Under the pieces are notes generated by a model. The model did no database searches. It worked only from the letters and a program-made list of their open reading frames with translations, and was not told the origin of the DNA. The position numbers were made by a program, and so were the translations under genes. This document shows positions 1 through 8,306 of a DNA stretch of 64,000 bases, piece after piece (the first letter of the stretch is position 1; each line of letters begins with the position of its first letter). The stretch comes from a bacterium (lineage in GTDB: Bacteria; Bacteroidota; Ignavibacteria; UBA10030): assembly GCA_043803945.1 (NCBI GenBank), contig JAZDJN010000048.1, positions 24,124-88,123 of the forward strand, in the 5' to 3' direction.

Positions 1-6
1 ATTATT

Positions 7-855
7 GTGATGCTCGCTCTTCAGTTCTCTTCACGCAATTTTTCTTTTGGGGCTGTCCTTCTGATGCTCGGCTATATGCTGCTTGTGGTTCTCCTCTTCC
101 TGATTACCAATACCATTCTCGTGGTTCTGCGCCCTGTCCTTCACATTGCTCTTGCTGCCTTTGGCATTATCGCGTATCGCTACATCAATGAACAGAAAGA
201 AAGGCAGGCCTTACAGCGTACCTTTGAAGCGTACTTTCCACCGGGTGTTGTGAAGAAGATAATGGAGAACCCTGCACTGATCACCGAGAAAGGTCAGAAG
301 AAAGAGCTTACAATTCTCTTCAGCGATATTAAAAAATTCACAACCTATTCGTCCACCATGACTCCCGAACAAATCCAGCGCCTGCTCAATGAATATTTCG
401 ACGCAATGGTCGAGATCGTCTTCAAGTACGAGGGAACGGTTGATAAGTTTATCGGCGATGGGCTGATGGTCTTTTTTGGTGATCCCGAAGATCAACCGGA
501 TCATGCTCTTCGCTGCGTGCAGGCCGCGGTAGAGATGCAAAAGAAATGCCGCGAGTTAAAGGAGAAATATCAGCATGAATATAATTTCCCTTTGAAAATC
601 AGGATCGGCATTAACACAGGAACAGTTGCCGTGGGGAACATGGGATCCGAGAGGCGTCTTTCTTACACTGTCCTCGGATCGGATGTGAATCTCGCCCAGC
701 GCCTTGAATCGAATGCTCCGGTGGAAGGGATTATGGTTTCCCGACGGACCTACGATCTGATCGCGGGGAAGGTTTCCACACGGCCACTTGAACCGATACG
801 GGTAAAAGGGCTGGAGGAAACACCGATTGAGGTTTACGAGGTGATGGTAGAATAA
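7..855 (+). CDS. Class III adenylate/guanylate cyclase, membrane-anchored; 5' end probably lies outside the window
   Basis: TILFSDIKKFT, DKFIGDGLM, RIGINTG, YTVLGSDVNLAQRLE motifs after TM helices; ORF open at the window edge. Confidence 0.93.
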   Translation: MMLALQFSSRNFSFGAVLLMLGYMLLVVLLFLITNTILVVLRPVLHIALAAFGIIAYRYINEQKERQALQRTFEAYFPPGVVKKIMENPALITEKGQKKELTILFSDIKKFTTYSSTMTPEQIQRLLNEYFDAMVEIVFKYEGTVDKFIGDGLMVFFGDPEDQPDHALRCVQAAVEMQKKCRELKEKYQHEYNFPLKIRIGINTGTVAVGNMGSERRLSYTVLGSDVNLAQRLESNAPVEGIMVSRRTYDLIAGKVSTRPLEPIRVKGLEETPIEVYEVMVE

Positions 856-925
856 CTTTCCGTCATTCCTCTTTGAGAAAGAAGAAAGACACCCTTCTTC
901 CATCCGAATGTAGCCGTCCTGCAGT

Positions 926-1123
926 CTACTCCTTTGTAAGATACTCTTTGGCTTCCTCCAACGATTTGCAATGAACGATCTGTTCTTTAGAGAACATGTT
1001 GATGGCATTGAGAAATACCAATTTCATTCCGGTCATCCCGAGCACTGCACGCTTCCTCACATGCTTTTTCGATTCCGCTGCAGTTTTTTGGAGAACTTCC
1101 AGTACCGCCTGATTGATAAAACT
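926..1123 (-). pseudogene. 5'-truncated remnant of a SpoIIAA/STAS-like small protein
   Basis: Manual translation SFINQAVLEVLQKTAAESKKHVRKRAVLGMTGMKLVFLNAINMFSKEQIVHCKSLEEAKEYLTKE*; in-frame TAA directly upstream, no start for the N-half. Confidence 0.6.
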
Positions 1124-1181
1124 TTACCAACAGGATTGAGACTAAAAATCAAACTGAAAGTAGCAAAAAGACAATTCTGTC

Positions 1182-1685
1182 TTATAGATCGATTTCAAGC
1201 GGATCTTGTTCCATTGCGTTAACCCGCCACTCCTGTGCATCAACATCGAAATCCGCTATTTTTTCAATCGGCATCTTCAGATATTTCCCAAATGCTGAAA
1301 CTCCGATGGTGCCATCCTGCAAGGGGATCTCTCCAGTCCCTTCGAAGATCCGGGAGGTATTCTTCGTGATCCGTCCGACCACGCGCAACTCCTGGTCTAA
1401 TGGAATGGGCTTATGGTATTTCAGACTCAATTCGATAGTAACGCCAAAGACCTCATTATCGATGATTCTGATTGCCCGACCCACGGTCTCGTCGAGCAGC
1501 GCTCCCGCAATACCGCCATGCAGTCTGTTGGGATAGCTCTGATGCTGGTTCAACGGTGAGTAGATCGCAACGAGCTCGCCATGGGCCAATTCGTAAAACG
1601 ATGCCTTCAATCCAAACTCATTTTTTAAACCGCATACAAGACAGTGAGCACTGTTTTCCTGCTTCTTAACGACTGCATGTTTCAT
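1182..1685 (-). CDS. PaaI-family (hot-dog fold) thioesterase
   Basis: CLVCG..N..GL, LHGGIAGALLDETVGRA motifs. Confidence 0.9.
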   Translation of the reverse strand: MKHAVVKKQENSAHCLVCGLKNEFGLKASFYELAHGELVAIYSPLNQHQSYPNRLHGGIAGALLDETVGRAIRIIDNEVFGVTIELSLKYHKPIPLDQELRVVGRITKNTSRIFEGTGEIPLQDGTIGVSAFGKYLKMPIEKIADFDVDAQEWRVNAMEQDPLEIDL

Positions 1686-1839
1686 AAGATCCTATCTCCG
1701 GGGTGTCGAACAAGTTGCGTAAAACTATTGATTGTGAAACTGAAAGGCAAGGCAAAATATTATTGGTCAATCTTTTATACTCCGCTGCCTTTGAAGCTCC
1801 ATTCCTTGTGATGAGTATTATTCATTTGAACCAGGCAAC

Positions 1840-1868
1840 TTGATTTTCGATTCCCCATTGTTCATATT
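1840..1868 (+). promoter_or_regulatory. Putative sigma70-type promoter for hpnCDE
   Basis: TTGATT-N17-CATATT upstream of hpnC. Confidence 0.4.
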
Positions 1869-1924
1869 TAAGAAAGAAAACGAGAGTAATCCGATATCGA
1901 GAAAACGACGCAACTAATTGAAAG

Positions 1925-2827
1925 TTGATTCCGTCTAACAAATCAAGAATGCTTACACGAAATCTCCATATGGAGCAGCGGAAATGGTCGCCCGAAATGG
2001 CGTTTCAGTTCTGTGAACAACTGGCAAGCAATCACTACGAAAACTTTCCGGTGGCCTCATTTTTTATTCCTCGTGATAAGCGCCGCTACATCGCCGCCAT
2101 CTATGCCTTTGCACGTATTGCGGATGATTTTGCCGATGAACCAGGCCTGACTCCTGCGGAGCGCATCGACAGCTTGAATGACTGGGAAGAACAATTGATG
2201 GCTTGTGTGCAGGGGGAAGCCACACACCCGGTGTTTATTGCAGTCCGTGAAACGATAGAACGGTTCGAAATTCCATGGCAGTTGCTCAGAAATTTGTTAC
2301 AGGCTTTTCGCACGGACGTCACTATGCATCGCTATGAATCCTTTGAGAGCGTGCTTGAATATTGCCGATTTTCCGCTAATCCGGTGGGACGTCTGTTGTT
2401 ATTGCTCTTTAATTATCGCAGCGAGTCAATGCTGGCACAGTCGGATGCCATTTGCACTGCCCTGCAGCTCACAAATTTCTGGCAGGATATTGCCGTTGAC
2501 CTTGAGAAAGATCGCGTGTACATTCCATTGGAAGATTTGCGGGAGTTTGGCTATACTGAGAGAGATCTCTTTCAACGGCGGTACAATAAGGGCTTTCATG
2601 ATCTCCTCCGGTTTGAAGTAGAACGGACCGAACGCCTGTTTCAACATGGCAAGCCGTTGCTGAACCAGCTTGGAAACGACCTCCGCCTCGAGATCAGAAT
2701 GACCTGGAACGGAGGGATGCAAATTCTCCGGAAGATTCATAAACAGAACTACGATGTTTTTAAGAAACGGCCGACGTTGACGAAGTTTGACAAAGCGAAA
2801 ATTTTGCTGACCTCATTACGGGCATGA
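1925..2827 (+). CDS. hpnC: Squalene synthase HpnC; true start probably a downstream ATG
   Basis: HYENFPVAS, YAFARIADDFADE, ALQLTNFWQD motifs; first gene of the hpnCDE trio. Confidence 0.93.
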   Translation: MIPSNKSRMLTRNLHMEQRKWSPEMAFQFCEQLASNHYENFPVASFFIPRDKRRYIAAIYAFARIADDFADEPGLTPAERIDSLNDWEEQLMACVQGEATHPVFIAVRETIERFEIPWQLLRNLLQAFRTDVTMHRYESFESVLEYCRFSANPVGRLLLLLFNYRSESMLAQSDAICTALQLTNFWQDIAVDLEKDRVYIPLEDLREFGYTERDLFQRRYNKGFHDLLRFEVERTERLFQHGKPLLNQLGNDLRLEIRMTWNGGMQILRKIHKQNYDVFKKRPTLTKFDKAKILLTSLRA

Positions 2828-2831
2828 AACG

Positions 2832-3722
2832 ATGAGCGCTCATACCATTGATACGGTTCTTCCTGATTTCTCGCAAAATCGGCAGAGCAATTTCTTTTTC
2901 TCATTCCTGCTTCTCCCGCCCGTGAAGCGCGATGCCATTGAGACGATCTACGCATTCTGCCGCTATACCGATGATATCGTCGATGAAGAAACGGATGTCA
3001 AGGAGAAATATTCGCGGCTTCACCAGTGGACAGCGGAACTCCAGAAAGCGTTATATGGCGAATCCCGGTTTACACTTCTGAATCGGTTGAATATCATCAT
3101 CAATCGGTTTAATATCCCCGTGAATCATTTCCATGAGTTGCTCAAAGGTATGGAAATGGACTTAACGAAGAATCGCTATGAGACATTCGACGAGTTGGAG
3201 GTGTACTGCTATCGCGCTGCATCGACAGTCGGTCTGATCTGTGCGGAAGTCTTCGGGTATCATCATGCCACAACGAAAGAGTACGCAATCAACCTTGGCA
3301 TTGCACTGCAGTTGACGAATATTTTGCGCGACATCAAATCAGATGCCAAAGGTGGGCGGATTTACATTCCCCGGAAAGATATGGAACTCTTTGGCTATGC
3401 AGAAGAGGAACTGCTGAACTCCGTCTACAACGACCGGTTCCGGGCCCTGATGAAATTTGAATGTGATCGCGCACACCAATATTTCCGGAAAGCGAAACGT
3501 AATTTAGCGGAGGATGACAAGCCTCTCTTCTGTGCTGCCAGGGTCATGGGCAATATCTATTATTTACTGCTTCGACGAATTGAGCGCGCAGACTACGACG
3601 TTTTTTCCAGGCGCATCCGGTTGACCTCATTGGTGAAGCTGCTTGTTGCAATGGTCTTGCGTCTCCGCAACAAGCTCCCCAAAAATTTCCATCGCTACAT
3701 CCGAACTGAACTCCCTGCCTGA
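2832..3722 (+). CDS. hpnD: Presqualene diphosphate synthase HpnD
   Basis: SNFFFSF, YAFCRYTDDIVDE, LGIALQLTNILRD, GRIYIP motifs. Confidence 0.92.
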   Translation: MSAHTIDTVLPDFSQNRQSNFFFSFLLLPPVKRDAIETIYAFCRYTDDIVDEETDVKEKYSRLHQWTAELQKALYGESRFTLLNRLNIIINRFNIPVNHFHELLKGMEMDLTKNRYETFDELEVYCYRAASTVGLICAEVFGYHHATTKEYAINLGIALQLTNILRDIKSDAKGGRIYIPRKDMELFGYAEEELLNSVYNDRFRALMKFECDRAHQYFRKAKRNLAEDDKPLFCAARVMGNIYYLLLRRIERADYDVFSRRIRLTSLVKLLVAMVLRLRNKLPKNFHRYIRTELPA

Positions 3723-5080
3723 TGACCTACGATGCCATCATTATCGGTGGCGGTCTCGCCGGTTTAAGCGCGGCTGTTGATCTTTCTGCGAAAGGATGTT
3801 CTGTTCTCCTCCTGGAGCAGGCGCCGCATCTTGGTGGTCGTGTATACTCCTTTATCGATTCCACAACTGGAGATCGCGTCGATAACGGCCAGCACTTGTT
3901 GATGGGGTGTTATCACGCGACACGCCGATTTCTCCATGAAATCGGTTCGGCACATCTTGCTGTTCTACAACCGCAGCTTCGCATCGACTACCTCGGTCCC
4001 GATGAAGAAACGGCACTATTAAAGTGCACAGCGCTTCCTTCACCGTTCAATCTCTTATCGGGGTTATTGCGGCTTCAATCGCTGAGCATACGGGAGAGAG
4101 GAAACTTGCTCAGGGTTGGTATCGCTCTGCAAAAGCCGCCAGACATCGTTGAACCCTTATTGAGGGAAATGACGGTTGAAGAGTGGCTCATGCAGCTTGG
4201 GCAATCGGAACTTGCACGATCGCGATTCTGGAATATCGTTGCGATCGGTGCATTGAACAACGATCCAGCGACGGCATCGGCGCTCCTGTTTTATCGGGTG
4301 CTACGAGCGGTCTTCTCGGGAGACTCAAGCAATGCCTCACTCATGATTCCTGCGGTTGGACTGAGCGAACTCTTTTCAACTCCAGCACTTCATACGCTTC
4401 GTAACCATAATGCACAAGTGTTGATGGGAACACGAGTATCTCAGTTTCGTACTGAAGGCAGAAAAATAGTTGGAGTACAGTGTGCAGATGGCAGTGTGTT
4501 CCGGGCAAGAACTGTGATTGCTGCAATACCTCCGGCATCGTTGCAGAAACTTCTCCAGACAAGCGGACTCGCCTCATTGCCGCTCTTCAATACTCTACAA
4601 TCATTTCAAGCCTCTTCCATTCTGGGGATCAATCTCTGGTTCGACCGAGAGGTGATGCAGCAGGAATTTGTCGCGCTCCTCGAATCCCCAATCCATTGGA
4701 TCTTCAATAAAACAAGAATCAGTCGCCATGGGTCACTAGTTCCGCAACATCTTGCTCTTGTTATCAGTGCTGCGGATGAATATATGGGAATGGAGAAACA
4801 ACAGATCCTTTCTTTGGTGACCGATGAGCTCAAGCGGTATCTGCCACTCTCGCGGGGGGCGAACCTGGTTCAATCCATTGTAATCAAAGCAAAGCGTGCG
4901 ACATTTTTGCAAACTCCCGCAGTGGAATCGTTGCGCCCTCAGGCGGCAACCCCAATCAGCAACTTGTTCCTGGCAGGCGACTGGATGGATACCGGATATC
5001 CGGCGACAATTGAAGGTGCTGTGCTCAGCGGAGTTACAGCGGCACAGTTGGTGATTAAATCCGTACCTGTGGTTAACTAG
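3722..5080 (+). CDS. hpnE: Hydroxysqualene dehydroxylase HpnE (FAD-dependent)
   Basis: GGGLAGL Rossmann motif, DNGQHLLMGCY, LAGDW..TGYPATIEGAVLSG; coupled to hpnD. Confidence 0.92.
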   Translation: MTYDAIIIGGGLAGLSAAVDLSAKGCSVLLLEQAPHLGGRVYSFIDSTTGDRVDNGQHLLMGCYHATRRFLHEIGSAHLAVLQPQLRIDYLGPDEETALLKCTALPSPFNLLSGLLRLQSLSIRERGNLLRVGIALQKPPDIVEPLLREMTVEEWLMQLGQSELARSRFWNIVAIGALNNDPATASALLFYRVLRAVFSGDSSNASLMIPAVGLSELFSTPALHTLRNHNAQVLMGTRVSQFRTEGRKIVGVQCADGSVFRARTVIAAIPPASLQKLLQTSGLASLPLFNTLQSFQASSILGINLWFDREVMQQEFVALLESPIHWIFNKTRISRHGSLVPQHLALVISAADEYMGMEKQQILSLVTDELKRYLPLSRGANLVQSIVIKAKRATFLQTPAVESLRPQAATPISNLFLAGDWMDTGYPATIEGAVLSGVTAAQLVIKSVPVVN

Positions 5081-5176
5081 CATTGACCGCATCATTCACA
5101 GAGTTGGGTATAATAACTTTTTAAAGATTACTCCCCGACTATCAGTTGATTGGTCAATTCTGTAAATTAGGTCTGG

Positions 5177-6760
5177 ATGAAGAGGATTGATGAAATAGTG
5201 CCATTGAACGATGAACTCCCAAGCTCATTTGCGGATAGGCTTGGCGTTCTCTACTCTTCCCATGTCACAGAAATGCACAAGAAGAAGCACGGTCAGTTTT
5301 TTACTCCTGTTGATATTGCACATTTTATGGCAGGTCTGTCTGATTGTCAAAAATCTATCGTGAGAATCCTGGACCCAGGCGCTGGTACTGCTGTCCTGTG
5401 TTGCTCGTTAGTCGAGAGGCTAGCGAAAGAGAATCGCAACTTGTCTCACGTTGAAGTTATCGCCTATGAAACAGACGAGAACCTTGTTTCACTAGCCCAG
5501 CAATCACTATCCTATTTGAAGAGTTGGGCTGCACTTCAAAAGATTCAACTTTCCTTCATTCTCCTGGTATCTGATTTCGTCCTAGCCAACTCGGACACAC
5601 TAGAAAACCAGGATCGGCAACAAGAATATTTCGATATAATAATTTCCAATCCGCCTTACTTCAAGCTGCCAAAGTCTGATGGCAGAGTGAGAGCAGCATA
5701 CTCCATTGTTCATGGGCAACCAAACATCTATTCAATTTTCCTTTTCACGGCTGCCACACTCTTGGACCAGAACGGACAACTTGTTTTCATTACTCCCCGC
5801 AGTTTTGCATCCGGATCATATTTCAGACTTTTCCGGGACAGGTTCTTCTCACTGGTTCAACTTAATGCAGTCCATCTTTTTGATTCACGGAAAGAAGCGT
5901 TCCAAAGGGATGAAGTTCTCCAAGAGAATATAATCATTTCGGCACATCGTAAAATGTCTCACGGTGACCGTACGAAGCTTAGAGTGTCGTTCTCACACGG
6001 GTTCAAAGATTTGCAGCAGCGACAAACGAGAGAATTCTATCTTGACGAGTTGCTTGACGCAAATTCATACCAGAAGATACTGCATTTGCCAGCCTCCGAC
6101 CTCCAAACAAAGGTTATCCGTCTTTTCAAGTCCTGGCAAGGCAGTCTGAATGATTACAACATTCAGATTTCCACCGGTCCAGTCGTTTCATTCCGAGCCA
6201 AGAGATTCATTCATTTTCATCCCAAAGATAGACTTTCGTTGGCTCCCCTTTTTTGGATGCACAATACTTCGAAGATGCAGTTGAGATGGCCGCTAAACAA
6301 GACTGGCAAAGGAGAGTATATCCAAGTTTGTGAAGAATCCCTTTCTCTTCTTATATTTAACAAGAACTACATTTTTCTTCGGCGCTTTAGTTCTAAGGAC
6401 GATGCAAGTAGGCTCATTGCAACTCCCTATTTTGCTGATACTGTTGAGGCTGACCTGATCGGCGTGGAGAACCATCTGAATTACATTTACCGACCAAAGG
6501 GGCATTTAGAACGAAACGAAATTCTCGGTCTCGCTGCCCTGCTGAACAGCAATCTTTTTGACACCTATTTTAGAACATTCAACGGCAACGTTAACGTGAG
6601 TGCAACAGAATTGCGACAGATGCCTCTACCGCCACTTGAGACTATCAAGCAAATTGGCAACGCCATCATTCTTCAGAACGATTTTTCACAATCAAATGTT
6701 GATGACATTATCGAACAGTTCTTTGAACTAGAAAAGGAACTCTCTCCTGCATATGAGTAA
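5177..6760 (+). CDS. N6-adenine DNA methyltransferase (PstI/BsuBI/Eco57I-like gamma class)
   Basis: GQFFTP, ILDPGAGTA (motif I), ISNPPY (motif IV); overlaps the downstream endonuclease. Confidence 0.92.
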   Translation: MKRIDEIVPLNDELPSSFADRLGVLYSSHVTEMHKKKHGQFFTPVDIAHFMAGLSDCQKSIVRILDPGAGTAVLCCSLVERLAKENRNLSHVEVIAYETDENLVSLAQQSLSYLKSWAALQKIQLSFILLVSDFVLANSDTLENQDRQQEYFDIIISNPPYFKLPKSDGRVRAAYSIVHGQPNIYSIFLFTAATLLDQNGQLVFITPRSFASGSYFRLFRDRFFSLVQLNAVHLFDSRKEAFQRDEVLQENIIISAHRKMSHGDRTKLRVSFSHGFKDLQQRQTREFYLDELLDANSYQKILHLPASDLQTKVIRLFKSWQGSLNDYNIQISTGPVVSFRAKRFIHFHPKDRLSLAPLFWMHNTSKMQLRWPLNKTGKGEYIQVCEESLSLLIFNKNYIFLRRFSSKDDASRLIATPYFADTVEADLIGVENHLNYIYRPKGHLERNEILGLAALLNSNLFDTYFRTFNGNVNVSATELRQMPLPPLETIKQIGNAIILQNDFSQSNVDDIIEQFFELEKELSPAYE

Positions 6761-7700
6761 AATCAAGGAAGCTCAAACAATCCTGAAAGAATTTGGCTTG
6801 CCTGCAGCGCAGCAGAATGATATCTCCGCTTTGACTCTACTTGCACTGTGTGGTGTCACAGAGGCCAATACTTGGAAGGATGCCCAGAGGTCTAGTCTTA
6901 CGGCTACCAAAGGAATAATGGCGTTTATGGCCAAGCGGTACAAACGGCGATATGCCCCTAATACCCGAGAGACTGTCAGACGACAGGTTCTTCATCAATT
7001 TGTCCAAGCGAGGCTCGCTGACTACAATCCGGACAACCCTCAACTGCCAGTTAATAGTCCAAACGCGCATTATGCTGTATCTAAGCCAGCGTTGGAAGTC
7101 ATCAAAACTTTCGGAACGAAGAAATGGCAGTCGGCAGTGACAACATTCAAAGCGGAGGTTGGCGAACTCAAGAAGCGGTATGTTAAAGACAGAGACCTCA
7201 CGTTGATTCCTTTGAAACTATCGGATGGCAGGATTATCCGCCTCTCAGCAGGGAGACACAATCAAGTCCAGGCAGCCGTCGTCAATGAGTTCGCATCTCG
7301 TTTCGCAAAGGGTTCGATACTTCTCTATCTTGGAGATGCAGCAAAGAAAGACCTCCATTTGGATTCCAAGATGCTGAAGAAGCTGGGCATTCCGATCGAT
7401 CAACACAATAAACTTCCAGACGTTGTCATTTATGAGCCTAACAAGAATTGGCTATACCTTATCGAAGCTGTAACGTCCCACGGCCCAATTACTCCAAAGC
7501 GCATTCTTGAACTCGAAGAGTTCCTAAAGAATTGTTTAGCTGGAAGGGTGTACGTCTCGGCTTTCCCTGACTTTGCAGAATTCAAGAGACATACTTCTGA
7601 CTTGGCTTGGGAAACAGAGGTTTGGATTATGGAACATCCGGATCATATGATTCACTTCAACGGCGACAAGTTCATCGGGCCAAGATCGTCCAAGGTATAG
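6753..7700 (+). CDS. BsuBI/PstI-family type II restriction endonuclease
   Basis: YAPNTRETVRRQVLHQF, KLPDVV, LIEAVTSHGP, AWETEVW, HMIHFNG family motifs. Confidence 0.93.
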   Translation: MSKIKEAQTILKEFGLPAAQQNDISALTLLALCGVTEANTWKDAQRSSLTATKGIMAFMAKRYKRRYAPNTRETVRRQVLHQFVQARLADYNPDNPQLPVNSPNAHYAVSKPALEVIKTFGTKKWQSAVTTFKAEVGELKKRYVKDRDLTLIPLKLSDGRIIRLSAGRHNQVQAAVVNEFASRFAKGSILLYLGDAAKKDLHLDSKMLKKLGIPIDQHNKLPDVVIYEPNKNWLYLIEAVTSHGPITPKRILELEEFLKNCLAGRVYVSAFPDFAEFKRHTSDLAWETEVWIMEHPDHMIHFNGDKFIGPRSSKV

Positions 7701-7947
7701 CTTCGATAAGTTACTGGGCATAACACGATCGACAAAGATACCCCCGTTGTTGATAGAGAATAGTGGTGGTCGCTCAGGTTTTTTGCTCGCGAGAAAATGA
7801 ATCCTTCATAGCTCTTACCCCTGCGTTGATGGGCGAACCATTGCATCCGTCCGTTCACTTTAATACATTTGCTCCCACAGTGCCTCGATCCCTGAGACGA
7901 TTCTCTGTTGAACCATTCATCTCAGACAACAGAAAGGATGGTGCGTC

Positions 7948-8241
7948 ATGAAAGCCGGCCTCTTTTTTACAGGCTCAGGACCTATTCTCATTCTCACCTC
8001 ATACGATTCCCTGATCAATCCAAATCTTGTGAAGAAACTGCATGGGAAAGGAATAAAGAAATACCTTGCATTTGAGGTCCCAGAGGAAGTTGTGAAACAG
8101 CAATATGGGACACATTACGATTTGACTCTGAGCGATCTGAAGCAGGAAGATGATTTGCGGGTGCTCGATTACGACGGGCATCATATCTTCAATCATTTTT
8201 CCTTGAAACAACTTCAGAATCCTCTTGTGTTTGAACCATAG
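7948..8241 (+). CDS. Conserved small hypothetical cytosolic protein
   Basis: 97-aa ORF with RBS (AAGGA); FTGSGPILILTS and DLRVLDYDGH look like conserved blocks. Confidence 0.75.
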   Translation: MKAGLFFTGSGPILILTSYDSLINPNLVKKLHGKGIKKYLAFEVPEEVVKQQYGTHYDLTLSDLKQEDDLRVLDYDGHHIFNHFSLKQLQNPLVFEP

Positions 8242-8255
8242 GTCAATGGTTCAGA

Positions 8256-8305
8256 AGAAGTCCGTCTTTTTTCAGAGATCAAACCATGGGAAAAGACGGA
8301 CTTCT
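8256..8305. repeat. REP-like palindrome, copy 1
   Basis: AGAAGTCCGTCTTTT-N20-AAAAGACGGACTTCT between convergent genes; second copy at 40385-40434. Confidence 0.85.
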
Positions 8306-8306
8306 A

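Noticed and set aside
5083-5114. TTGACC...TATAAT promoter for the R-M methyltransferase
   Set aside because: The 20-nt spacing is too long for a canonical -35/-10 pair; only the -10 is plausible
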